A stretch of DNA of 25,248 nt, from the NCBI GenBank assembly GCA_043810925.1, contig JBDRNT010000163.1, forward strand, positions 1-25,248, read 5' to 3'. Below, in pieces: positions 17,453 to 25,248 of the stretch; position 1 is the stretch's first letter; each line of letters begins with the position of its first letter. Under the pieces are notes generated by a model. It saw only the letters and a list, made by a program, of their open reading frames with translations, was not told where the DNA came from and did not search any database. The position numbers and the translations under genes were made by a program. The stretch comes from Candidatus Eiseniibacteriota bacterium. GTDB lineage: Bacteria; Arandabacterota; Arandabacteria; Arandabacterales; Arandabacteraceae.

Positions 17453-18520
17453 GTGAGTGAGCCGAACGACATCTATCTGATCTACGGTGATGACGAGTTC
17501 CTTGTGGAGGAAGGACTCGGCAGGGTGCTTGCCGCCATACGTGGTCAGGGCTATGACGATCTCGCGGTTGAGACCATTGACTGCAAGGAGCAGGGCACCT
17601 CTGAAGTGATGAGTGAAATCACTTCCCCCACGCTCTTTTCAACCAACAAGGCGACCATACTCAAGCGGTTTCAGCTCACGGGCCGGGGCAAACTGGCTTC
17701 CGACCTGGACGCACGCACCGCGGCCGGGCTTGCACCCGGGCAATTCATCATACTTCTCCCCGACAAGGTCGACAAACGGCTCCGAATCGTGAAGGCGATA
17801 AAGAAGAAGGGCGGTGTGATTGAACTCAACGCGCTTGCCCACGACGGCCTGGTCAGGTGGATAGTCGAAAGATTCAAACAAGAAGGGAAATCGGCCTCTC
17901 CCGATGTCGCCGAATCGCTGCTTGACCTTAAGGGAGAGGAGGACCCCACGGGCCAGACGATGAGGGCGCTTGACTCGGAGATCGAAAAACTCGTCGTCTA
18001 CTCGGGTGATACCCCGAAGATCACGCAGGCCGACATCGACGCAGTTGTGGGAAGATCGAGGACGGAGAAGGTGTTCGAGATGGTCGAACACGTCCTCATG
18101 CGGGAAGTCGGGCGGGCCCTCGATACGCTGAGCGATCTTCTGGAAGCAGGTGAATCACCTATCGGAATCGTGCTGAGGCTGTCGCGAGAGATAAGATGGC
18201 TCATCCAGATCCATCTCTATCTCGGAAGTGAAAGTGCGCGGTGGGACAAGTCCATGGGTTTTTCGGCGTTTAACAGCAGTGTGCTTCCGGCATTCAAGAC
18301 GTGGGTGGAGACCGGCGGGATTCCGCTTGAAGCGACATGCCTCAGGCAAAAACCGTATGCGTCCTATATGAAGTTCCGCAAGGGCGGCGACTTCAGTCTT
18401 GATGACCTCATGAAGCTGCTTGGAAAACTGCTTGAAGCCAACACGCAACTCGTGAGCACCTCGATCAAACCGCAGGTCGTACTTGAGCGGTTCGTGACGG
18501 CGCTGGGTGTGCAAAAATGA
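17453..18520 (+). CDS. holA: DNA polymerase III subunit delta
   Basis: YLIYGDDEFLVEE, PTLFS, KVDKR, L.SEIEKL..Y, IT..DI..VV, VFEM; adjacent to holB. Confidence 0.88.
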   Translation: MSEPNDIYLIYGDDEFLVEEGLGRVLAAIRGQGYDDLAVETIDCKEQGTSEVMSEITSPTLFSTNKATILKRFQLTGRGKLASDLDARTAAGLAPGQFIILLPDKVDKRLRIVKAIKKKGGVIELNALAHDGLVRWIVERFKQEGKSASPDVAESLLDLKGEEDPTGQTMRALDSEIEKLVVYSGDTPKITQADIDAVVGRSRTEKVFEMVEHVLMREVGRALDTLSDLLEAGESPIGIVLRLSREIRWLIQIHLYLGSESARWDKSMGFSAFNSSVLPAFKTWVETGGIPLEATCLRQKPYASYMKFRKGGDFSLDDLMKLLGKLLEANTQLVSTSIKPQVVLERFVTALGVQK

Positions 18521-19905
18521 CGGAATCCAGTAACGGGATAATCGGTAACGCGGCGACGATAGGGTTCCTGCTCAAAGCCGCGAAGTCGAAGAACCTGGGA
18601 CATGCCTATCTCTTTCTCGGTCCCGACGGTGTGGGCAAGCGTCTTGCGAGTCTTGTCTTTGCACGCGCGATAAACTGCAAGTGTGAAGGCGCGATGGAGA
18701 CGTGTGAGTCCTGCACCTTGATGGATTCGTTCACGCATCCTGAGTTGCTCATCCTTGAGGACGTCCAGAAACCGAGGTGGCTTGAGCGGGAGGCGATCGG
18801 CCGGATGCTTGGTATAGATGCAACCGGCTGGAAGGGACGCTACGAGGAACTCATAGGGGGTCTTGGTCAAAAGGGGTATCTTAAGGAACCCCTGCCCCGG
18901 ACCGACAGGGATCTTCTCATAGATGGACTCATGCTCGATACGGATGAGCTCTTCGGTAAGGGTGCCGTCCCTTCCAAGGAGTGCTACACGCCCAAGCCCG
19001 TCAGTGACAAGATCAGGAAGGACTACGACCGGGGCGATCTTTCCGACGATGAGTACGGGCTACTGACCTCGCTTTACGAGTACCCGCTTTCGAAGATGCC
19101 CTACCGGGGAGCGATTCCGATTGCCTACATTACAACGCGCCACGGATGGAAGTTCACACGACCGATCCAGACCTTTCTCTCGATGACGACCACGATGGAG
19201 GGCAGGAAGATCGTCATCGTCGACGACGCCCATAAACTGACACCAGAAGCCCAGAACTGTCTCTTGAAGACACTTGAAGAACCTCCTGCCGACTCGGTGC
19301 TGATCCTGATAACATCCGACAGACACGCGCTCTTCCCGACGATCCTATCGAGGTGCCAGACGGTGAGTTTCAGCAGGTTGACGCAGACCGAGATCGGTGC
19401 TGCCGTTGCCCGTCTCGTGGGTGAAGAGGATGAGGACATCCGGCTTGCGGCCTTGCTCTCGGAGAACTGCCCGGGGAGGCTCCTTGAGCTCAGCATGGAA
19501 AACATCAGAAACAGTCTTGAGGCGGTGAGAAGTGTCTTCGATGCAATATGCGGGGGCCATACCGAAGCCGTCTTCAGTTTTTCAGGCGTTGTGCTGGCGG
19601 AGGCCGGGTACCACCGGCGAAAGCAGCGCCGGGCCGCCCGGCAGGCACTGGAGCTCGTTGTCTTCTGGCTCGCCCAGGTAGCCCGTGTCCGGCACGGTCT
19701 CCCCGATACGACGGGAGTGCCGGCCCTAAGCAGCGCACTCGCCGAGCATGCCCGCCGGATTGACGAAACGGCGCTGCTTGAGGCCACCCGCCGGATAGAA
19801 AGGGCTTTCCAGCTTGTCCGGTGGAACATCGACATGGCGCTTCTCCTCGACACCACCATGCTCGACCTCGCCCTCAACCTCAGTTACCGGGGGGTCAGGT
19901 CTTGA
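18517..19905 (+). CDS. holB: DNA polymerase III subunit delta-prime with a large internal insertion
   Basis: HAYLFLGPDGVGK, Zn cysteines C-x-C...C-x2-C, HPE, IVDDAHKLT.EAQNCLLKTLEEPP, PTILSRC; ATGA overlap with holA. Confidence 0.9.
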   Translation: MTESSNGIIGNAATIGFLLKAAKSKNLGHAYLFLGPDGVGKRLASLVFARAINCKCEGAMETCESCTLMDSFTHPELLILEDVQKPRWLEREAIGRMLGIDATGWKGRYEELIGGLGQKGYLKEPLPRTDRDLLIDGLMLDTDELFGKGAVPSKECYTPKPVSDKIRKDYDRGDLSDDEYGLLTSLYEYPLSKMPYRGAIPIAYITTRHGWKFTRPIQTFLSMTTTMEGRKIVIVDDAHKLTPEAQNCLLKTLEEPPADSVLILITSDRHALFPTILSRCQTVSFSRLTQTEIGAAVARLVGEEDEDIRLAALLSENCPGRLLELSMENIRNSLEAVRSVFDAICGGHTEAVFSFSGVVLAEAGYHRRKQRRAARQALELVVFWLAQVARVRHGLPDTTGVPALSSALAEHARRIDETALLEATRRIERAFQLVRWNIDMALLLDTTMLDLALNLSYRGVRS

Positions 19906-20015
19906 AATTGAGCGTTTGTCGCGGCGGGTTGAGGGTTTGTTGACACAATCAGAATCAATCACTTATATTGGAGTGCATGACCGAGCAAGAACGCTCAATT
20001 TCAAGACCTGACTCC
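19891..20015. repeat. 125-bp element bounded by 26-bp inverted repeats
   Basis: GGGGTCAGGTCTTGAAATTGAGCGTT (19891-19916) and AACGCTCAATTTCAAGACCTGACTCC (19990-20015); 25/26 complementary, the single mismatch is a G-U pair in plus-strand RNA. Confidence 0.92.
19940..19969 (+). promoter_or_regulatory. sigma70 promoter inside the inverted-repeat element, facing cdaR-tsaD
   Basis: TTGACA (19940-19945)-N18-TATATT (19964-19969). Confidence 0.65.
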
Positions 20016-20029
20016 AGGGGTTTGTTGAG

Positions 20030-21034
20030 GTGAGGATTCCGACATTCTTAAGACACGACATCGGGCTTAAGATCGCCGCACTCGCGCTGGCCGTCTTTCT
20101 CTGGATCAATGTGGCCGAGCGCAGGCAGGTTGAGGTGATCACAGAGCTCCCGCTCAAGTACACGAACATGGCCCCGGACATGACGTTCGCCGCCGAGGTA
20201 CCGTTGGTTGCGCGGGCGAAGATCAGGGGACGCGGCAAGTTCCTCAAGTGGAGAATCGGGGATGTCTATTTGGCGATAGACCTCTCCCCGGCCGGAGCGG
20301 GTATAGTCACTCATGTTGTCTCGCCCAGCGAGGTCGTGGTGCCGCCGGATAAGGAAATCGAAGTACTTGAAGTCATCGAGCCCAAGGCTATAAGAGTGGA
20401 GCTCGACACCCTGGTTACCAGGAAGGTCCCGCCGCAGCTCGTGTTTGAGGGTGACGTCCCCAGAGATAAGGTAATGATAGGACGGGCCTCGCCTGAGCCT
20501 ACCGAGATCGTGATCGCAGGCGCGAAGAGCGTGGTCGGTACCCTGACCACGGTCCCAACGGAACGGATCGATGTCGGTCAGCTCGCGAAGAAGGGCAGGG
20601 TCACCGCCAGGGTCGACCTGTCCGCTCTGCCGTTCGTGACAAGTGATGTGGAGGAGATCGTCGTAAGCGTTCGGGCCGAATCCAGGAAGGAACTGGGGAT
20701 ACCGGGCGTGCCGGTAGAGCCGGTGTCGGGACGTGGAGTCAAGGGCAAGTTCACTCCCGACAGTCTTGACGTCGTGATCTCAGGGGCGGAATCCCAGGTT
20801 GATTCGCTTGATCCTCGGGAGCTCCGTCTTATTGTCGATGTGACCAATCTCCCCAGCGGGCAGCTGGTCTTCACACCCGTCGTCAGACAAGGAACACTGC
20901 TTTTTGAAGTCAAGACCGTCGGACGGGACAGGGACGACGGACAGGTGTTTGAGATCAAGGCAAGACTGGAAGCACCCTACAACTTCGAGCTCGTCTCGGC
21001 TGCCCCGGATGAGATAAGCTTCGTTCAACGCTAG
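20030..21034 (+). CDS. CdaR/YbbR-family protein
   Basis: KIAALALAVFLWINV N-terminal TM; repeated YbbR-like units (V.I.G.., IDLS...G, P..I.V.LD). Confidence 0.82.
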   Translation: MRIPTFLRHDIGLKIAALALAVFLWINVAERRQVEVITELPLKYTNMAPDMTFAAEVPLVARAKIRGRGKFLKWRIGDVYLAIDLSPAGAGIVTHVVSPSEVVVPPDKEIEVLEVIEPKAIRVELDTLVTRKVPPQLVFEGDVPRDKVMIGRASPEPTEIVIAGAKSVVGTLTTVPTERIDVGQLAKKGRVTARVDLSALPFVTSDVEEIVVSVRAESRKELGIPGVPVEPVSGRGVKGKFTPDSLDVVISGAESQVDSLDPRELRLIVDVTNLPSGQLVFTPVVRQGTLLFEVKTVGRDRDDGQVFEIKARLEAPYNFELVSAAPDEISFVQR

Positions 21035-22029
21035 TGAGAGTCTTAGGAATAGAGACATCTTGTGACGAGACCGGTGCAGCTGTCTTCGAAGACGGCCGTG
21101 TGGTCTCGAACATAGTGCTCTCCCAGTCGATCCACAGCCGGTTCGGCGGTGTGGTTCCCGAGGTTGCCTCCCGCGCCCATATAAGAGCGATCGTCCCGAT
21201 AGTGCGATCGGCTATGGAGGAGGCAGGAGGGGGCCTTGACTCCATTGACTGTGTGGCGGTTACGAGCGGTCCGGGACTCATCGGATCGCTGATCGTCGGT
21301 GTGGCTTTTGCGAAAAGCCTCTGTTTTTCACTTGGGACGCCGCTGATCGGTGTTGACCATATAGAGTCGCACATAGCGGCTACTTACATAACCTACGGTG
21401 AATTGCCTGACCCGTTCGTCTGCCTGGTCGTATCGGGCGGTCACACCCATCTCTTCCTGGTCGAAACGGATCTGTCCCAGAAGCTCCTGGGCTGTACGCG
21501 TGACGATGCGGCCGGTGAGGCCTTCGACAAGGTCGCCCGCATGCTCGGGCTCGAGTATCCCGGAGGACCGGAGATCGAGAAGACGGCGCTCAGGGGTGAC
21601 CCCAAGGCGATAGACTTTCCCAGACCCGTGAGGCTGAAGGCATACGAGTTCTCATTCAGCGGTCTCAAGACAGCTGTCAGATACTTCATAGACAGGCACC
21701 GGGGAGAGATCTCACCGCCGCTTGCCGCCGACATCGCAGCGAGTTTTCAGGCGGCCGCCACGGACGTACTCATCGAAAAGACAGTCCGGGCCGCTCTGGA
21801 CAACGGGGTCAAGTCGGTATCGGCCGTCGGGGGGGTCGCGGCGAACACGGCTCTCAGAGAGGGGCTCACTGCGAAGGCGGAAGCTTCCGGGCTCAATGTC
21901 CTGCTTGCGCCGGTGGAGCTCTGCACAGACAACGCCGCGATCGTGGCTGCCGCGGGCTTCCTTCGCTTCAGAAGCGGGGAGACGTCCGGTCTTTCGATTT
22001 CGCCCTATTCGACCAGATCCTACGCCTGA
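21034..22029 (+). CDS. tsaD: tRNA N6-threonylcarbamoyladenosine transferase TsaD
   Basis: LGIETSCDETG, GGVVPEVASRAH, GPGL, HIESH, SGGHT, DDAAGEAFDK, FSFSGLKT, GGVAAN, CTDNAA. Confidence 0.97.
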   Translation: MRVLGIETSCDETGAAVFEDGRVVSNIVLSQSIHSRFGGVVPEVASRAHIRAIVPIVRSAMEEAGGGLDSIDCVAVTSGPGLIGSLIVGVAFAKSLCFSLGTPLIGVDHIESHIAATYITYGELPDPFVCLVVSGGHTHLFLVETDLSQKLLGCTRDDAAGEAFDKVARMLGLEYPGGPEIEKTALRGDPKAIDFPRPVRLKAYEFSFSGLKTAVRYFIDRHRGEISPPLAADIAASFQAAATDVLIEKTVRAALDNGVKSVSAVGGVAANTALREGLTAKAEASGLNVLLAPVELCTDNAAIVAAAGFLRFRSGETSGLSISPYSTRSYA

Positions 22030-22036
22030 TGGGATA

Positions 22037-22077
22037 TTGCATGATGCATTCTGATTTGCAAATTGCATCAATTCGCA
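22037..22077. promoter_or_regulatory. Putative enhancer (bEBP upstream activating sequences)
   Basis: TTGCA-N3-TGCAT twice (22037-22049, 22056-22068), 19 bp apart, ~115-145 bp upstream of the sigma54 -24 box. Confidence 0.5.
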
Positions 22078-22182
22078 TTGACTCCTGACTCCTGTCATTT
22101 ACGCATCGTCAACACCCCTCCCCTAACTTGTTTGCGTACAGTGTCTTGATCACAGCATGGCCGATGGCCTTGTGCCCGCGTC

Positions 22183-22197
22183 TGGCACAGTAGTTGC
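22183..22197 (+). promoter_or_regulatory. sigma54 (RpoN) -24/-12 promoter
   Basis: TGGCAC-AGTAG-TTGC, exact GG-N10-GC spacing, 45 nt upstream of ATG 22243. Confidence 0.8.
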
Positions 22198-22242
22198 GAG
22201 TTCCTGTCTGCCAAGGGACACAACCCAGGGGGGAAGGCTATC

Positions 22243-23226
22243 ATGGCAGGACCTCTCGGCAAGAATCCGAGAATCCTCGTGGTCGATGACGAGGAACACA
22301 TAAGGAAGATTGTCAGGTTCCAGCTTGAGAAGGCCGGCTACGCAGTCGACACCGCAGAAGACGGAGTCCAGGCCTTGAAATCGGTTGAAGCCTCTCCGCC
22401 CGATCTTATCCTTCTCGATTTGATGATGCCCAACATGGACGGCCACGAGGTCTGCAAGAGACTCAAAGCCGACTACCAGACAGGCCACATACCGGTGATC
22501 ATGGTTACCGCCAAGGCCAACCTGGAAAACAAGCTCCAGGGACTCGAAGACGGGGCAAACGACTACGTGGCCAAGCCATTCGCCATGACCGAGCTGCTGA
22601 TGAGGGTGAAGAACGTCCTGCAGTGGAGTCAATTCCAGAGACAGGCCAATCCCCTCACCGGTCTGCCCGGTAACGTGTCGATAGAAAAAGAGGTTGAGAG
22701 ACGGATTGCCAATAACGGCAGGTTCGTCTTCATGTATGCGGACATAGACAACTTCAAGGCATTCAACGACTATTATGGTTACCGTCGCGGCGACGACGCG
22801 ATAAAGCTGACCGCCGAAATCATCACGGAAGCAGTCAAGGTTGCCGGTGCCGGTGACGATTTCGTCGGCCACGTCGGCGGTGATGATTTCGTCATCGTCT
22901 CAACACTCGAGAATTCCGATTCGATCGCCTCGACCATCGTCAAGATGTTCGACGAGAGGATCGTCCACCTCCTTGACAAGGAAGACATCGAACGCGGCTA
23001 CGTAGAGGTGATCAACCGTAAAGGCACGGTCGACAGGTTTCCTCTTCTCACCATGACGATTGCCGTCGTTAAGAATAGTGCCGGGAAACTCGACCACATA
23101 GCCCGTATCAGCGATACCGCCTCAGAGTTGAAGCGATACGGCAAGACACTTGAAGGCAGTGTCGTGGTCAAGGAAAGGAGGAAAGACGGGCAACCGTTGC
23201 CCGTTGGGAGGCTTGAGAATCGTTGA
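22243..23226 (+). CDS. Response regulator with REC + GGDEF-family (GGDDF) domain
   Basis: VVDDE, LLDLMMP, VTA, KPF; NPLTGLPGN, DIDNFKAFND.YG...GD, GHVGGDDF; no RxxD I-site. Confidence 0.92.
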   Translation: MAGPLGKNPRILVVDDEEHIRKIVRFQLEKAGYAVDTAEDGVQALKSVEASPPDLILLDLMMPNMDGHEVCKRLKADYQTGHIPVIMVTAKANLENKLQGLEDGANDYVAKPFAMTELLMRVKNVLQWSQFQRQANPLTGLPGNVSIEKEVERRIANNGRFVFMYADIDNFKAFNDYYGYRRGDDAIKLTAEIITEAVKVAGAGDDFVGHVGGDDFVIVSTLENSDSIASTIVKMFDERIVHLLDKEDIERGYVEVINRKGTVDRFPLLTMTIAVVKNSAGKLDHIARISDTASELKRYGKTLEGSVVVKERRKDGQPLPVGRLENR

Positions 23227-25248
23227 GACTGAAGGCAACCACCATTCGTCACTCTATCTAAGAGTACGTTTTCCTATCCTGCTGACGATTGCAGCACTTC
23301 TTGGCATCAAGTCATGCGGTGACTTGTCGGTGCTGCCGGTCGTGCTCTCAGGCGTGCTTGTTGTCTTTGCATTCCTGGGGAGATGGGCGGTCCCGGTTTC
23401 GGCACGGGGAGGGCGAATCCGCGGCGCAATGCTGGTCGCAGAGGTGGGCACCTGTCTTGTCGCCACCCTCTATTGCGGTCTCTTCGCAGTCCTAGGGGTT
23501 CCGTTCGGGATCATTCTTATCTCAAGCTTCCAGAGTTTGACCTCCAGGCTGAAGACCGGTATCTACACCGGCATACTGATCTCGCTCACCTTCATGACCG
23601 GACACCTCCTGATTGATGGAATCGGCCAGGCGTCCGTTCTGACACTTGCGGCGGTGATCCTTGCCACCGGTGCGATCGCCATCGTGTTCTCCAGCAGGAT
23701 TCAGCGGATGACTTCAGCTCTTGAGCAGATGCAGGTCGATCTGGCCCGGCAGAAGCTGGAGGGGGAGGCCACATCGGAAAACATAGTCCGGCTCTATGAG
23801 GCTAGCCAGGCGACATCCCAGGAGGCGGAACCCGGCGGGATCATGGACACTCTGGTGGAGGATGCAACACGGTTGATCGGCTGCGAGTCGGCAAGCGCCG
23901 CGATCTTCATAGAGAAAGACCTTCTTGCAAGTGTGACCAAGGGAATAAGCCAGGAATTCAAGAGGAACCTCAGGTGGCGCGTGCGCAAAGGCGGAATGAC
24001 CGACCGGGTTCTTACGACCGGTAACCCGCTCGTTATAAACGGAGCCCAGACCGATCCCAGGTCACGCGACTCATCGGCCGTCAGGATAGGAAATCTTCAA
24101 TCGATAATGGCCGTCCCGCTTGCAACCGGCAATGAAGTGTTCGGGATTCTATATGTGGGCGACGCTCATGACAAGAAGTTCGGCGACCGCGATCTCATGC
24201 TGCTTACGATCCTGGCCAACCATGCAGCTGCATCGATAAGGCAGACGCGCCTGCGCCGGGAACTCAAGAAGAAGCTTGAGGAGCTTGAATCGGCACACAA
24301 GGAGTTGATCGGTGCCGACAGGCTCAAGGCGGAATTCATATCAGCCGTGACAAGCCAGATGCGGGTGCCGCTCGATGCGATCAAGACATATTCCCAAACC
24401 GTGCTCAACAGGCTGGATGATAAGGCATTCAAACTCAAAGAGAAATTCCTCGGCGCGGTGGTTGAGGAGACGGTCAAGCTGCTTAGCACGGTAAACGGCG
24501 TGATAGATCTTTCGAGAATGGAATTCGGAGAAGGTGACCTGAGGATGGAGGAGACCAACATAGCGGATATCCTGAGGGACGTCTGCACGGTTCTCGAACC
24601 CCTGTACGTTGATCACCAGGTGGAGGTCGTCGTGGACGCGCCTCCCAATCCGGCGCATGCACGGGTTGACCGTGGCATGGTCTTCCTGCTCTTCAGGAAC
24701 CTGCTTGAAGCCGCGATCGGGTTCACCAGGGAGGATACACGGCTCCGCATCACACTTGATGAGGACCAGAGTTTCCTCACGACGAGGATAACCATCACGC
24801 CCTCGCCGGCGAGCCTCGAGGTCGAATCGGTGGTTCGTGCGGTCTCAGGCAAGGAAGCGATCCCGACGGACGCAGGATCACTGGGCCTGACCCTCCAGGT
24901 TGCGAAGAACATCGTATTCAGACACGGCGGTCGTATCTGGGCGGAGACGCATGACCCCTCATCCTGGAGTCTCGTAGTGCTCTTCGGGAAGGAGAAGCGC
25001 GCGATCCTGCCCTCCGATTTGATGCTTGAGATAATGACTTCACGGCCGGAGCTCAAGAGAATGCTTGCTCTGGTCGCCGACATGATCTCCAAGGTGATGG
25101 GTGTCGGCAGGTGTCAGCTCTTCCTCGAGGACTCGGCCACGGGGGAGCTCGTACTGGGTGCGAGTGTGGATTACGACCCTCCCGGCCAGGACAGGCTTGT
25201 CGTTGGCAAGGGCGAGGGTCTTACCGGGGCCGTCTTCGAGGAGGGCCA
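23213..25248 (+). CDS. Partial membrane sensor: TM region - GAF - degenerate HisKA/HATPase - second GAF (3' end outside the window)
   Basis: Manually translated frame open from TTG 23213 (alternative 23204) to the window end; ~5 hydrophobic segments; GAF motifs SIMAVPL..GILYV..F..RD..LL..LAN; DRLKAEFISAVTSQMRVPL; NLLEAAIGFT; HGGRIWAE; GEGLTGAV. Confidence 0.85.
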   Translation, partial: MRIVETEGNHHSSLYLRVRFPILLTIAALLGIKSCGDLSVLPVVLSGVLVVFAFLGRWAVPVSARGGRIRGAMLVAEVGTCLVATLYCGLFAVLGVPFGIILISSFQSLTSRLKTGIYTGILISLTFMTGHLLIDGIGQASVLTLAAVILATGAIAIVFSSRIQRMTSALEQMQVDLARQKLEGEATSENIVRLYEASQATSQEAEPGGIMDTLVEDATRLIGCESASAAIFIEKDLLASVTKGISQEFKRNLRWRVRKGGMTDRVLTTGNPLVINGAQTDPRSRDSSAVRIGNLQSIMAVPLATGNEVFGILYVGDAHDKKFGDRDLMLLTILANHAAASIRQTRLRRELKKKLEELESAHKELIGADRLKAEFISAVTSQMRVPLDAIKTYSQTVLNRLDDKAFKLKEKFLGAVVEETVKLLSTVNGVIDLSRMEFGEGDLRMEETNIADILRDVCTVLEPLYVDHQVEVVVDAPPNPAHARVDRGMVFLLFRNLLEAAIGFTREDTRLRITLDEDQSFLTTRITITPSPASLEVESVVRAVSGKEAIPTDAGSLGLTLQVAKNIVFRHGGRIWAETHDPSSWSLVVLFGKEKRAILPSDLMLEIMTSRPELKRMLALVADMISKVMGVGRCQLFLEDSATGELVLGASVDYDPPGQDRLVVGKGEGLTGAVFEEG

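Noticed and set aside
18769-19101. Intein in HolB
   Set aside because: No C/S start with a His-Asn-C/S/T end and no LAGLIDADG motif
19125-19877. 250-aa minus-strand ORF
   Set aside because: Ser/Arg-rich antisense shadow of holB
9242-20015. CRISPR array or autonomous IS suggested by the 26-bp repeats
   Set aside because: Only three copies, not regularly spaced; no cas gene or transposase, and no clear target-site duplication
22124-22136. IHF site between the enhancer and the sigma54 promoter
   Set aside because: TAACTTGTTTG is one base off the YAA-N4-TTG spacing; not supportable
22150-22872. 240-aa minus-strand ORF
   Set aside because: Antisense shadow of the REC-GGDDF gene
23223-23261. 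TTG overlapping the REC-GGDDF stop as the sensor start, implying a frameshift
   Set aside because: That frame stops after 12 codons, while the sensor frame is already open from TTG 23213, so no frameshift is needed

Overview
Gene-dense bacterial chromosome segment of moderately high GC. The gene repertoire (PorV/PorQ-type barrel, GldA/F/G-like ABC module, short region-1.1-less sigma70, GNHD-type LpxH-family hydrolase) suggests a diderm FCB-group-like or candidate-phylum organism; this is inference. Order: gldA/gldF/gldG-like ABC genes + DUF4340-like gene + alaX, then a PorV/PorQ-family gene. A minus-strand block follows: LpxH-family hydrolase, membrane protein + winged-helix regulator, secreted protein, small membrane protein. 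The plus strand then carries degP/htrA, a sigma70 factor, an M23 peptidase, a PflX-like radical SAM, two tandem membrane HD-GYP genes, holA-holB, an orphan CdaR/YbbR gene, tsaD, a REC-GGDDF regulator behind a sigma54-type promoter, and a TM-GAF-pseudo-histidine-kinase-GAF gene that runs off the window and is absent from the ORF track. No rRNA, tRNA, CRISPR, integrase or transposase was seen. Most notable: (1) a 26-bp inverted-repeat pair enclosing a sigma70 promoter between holB and cdaR-tsaD, with a third solo copy ~10.6 kb away; (2) paired 19-bp operator boxes in two intergenic gaps of the wHTH locus; (3) a ~110-aa insertion in HolB; (4) an intact + degenerate HD-GYP pair and a catalytically dead kinase module.
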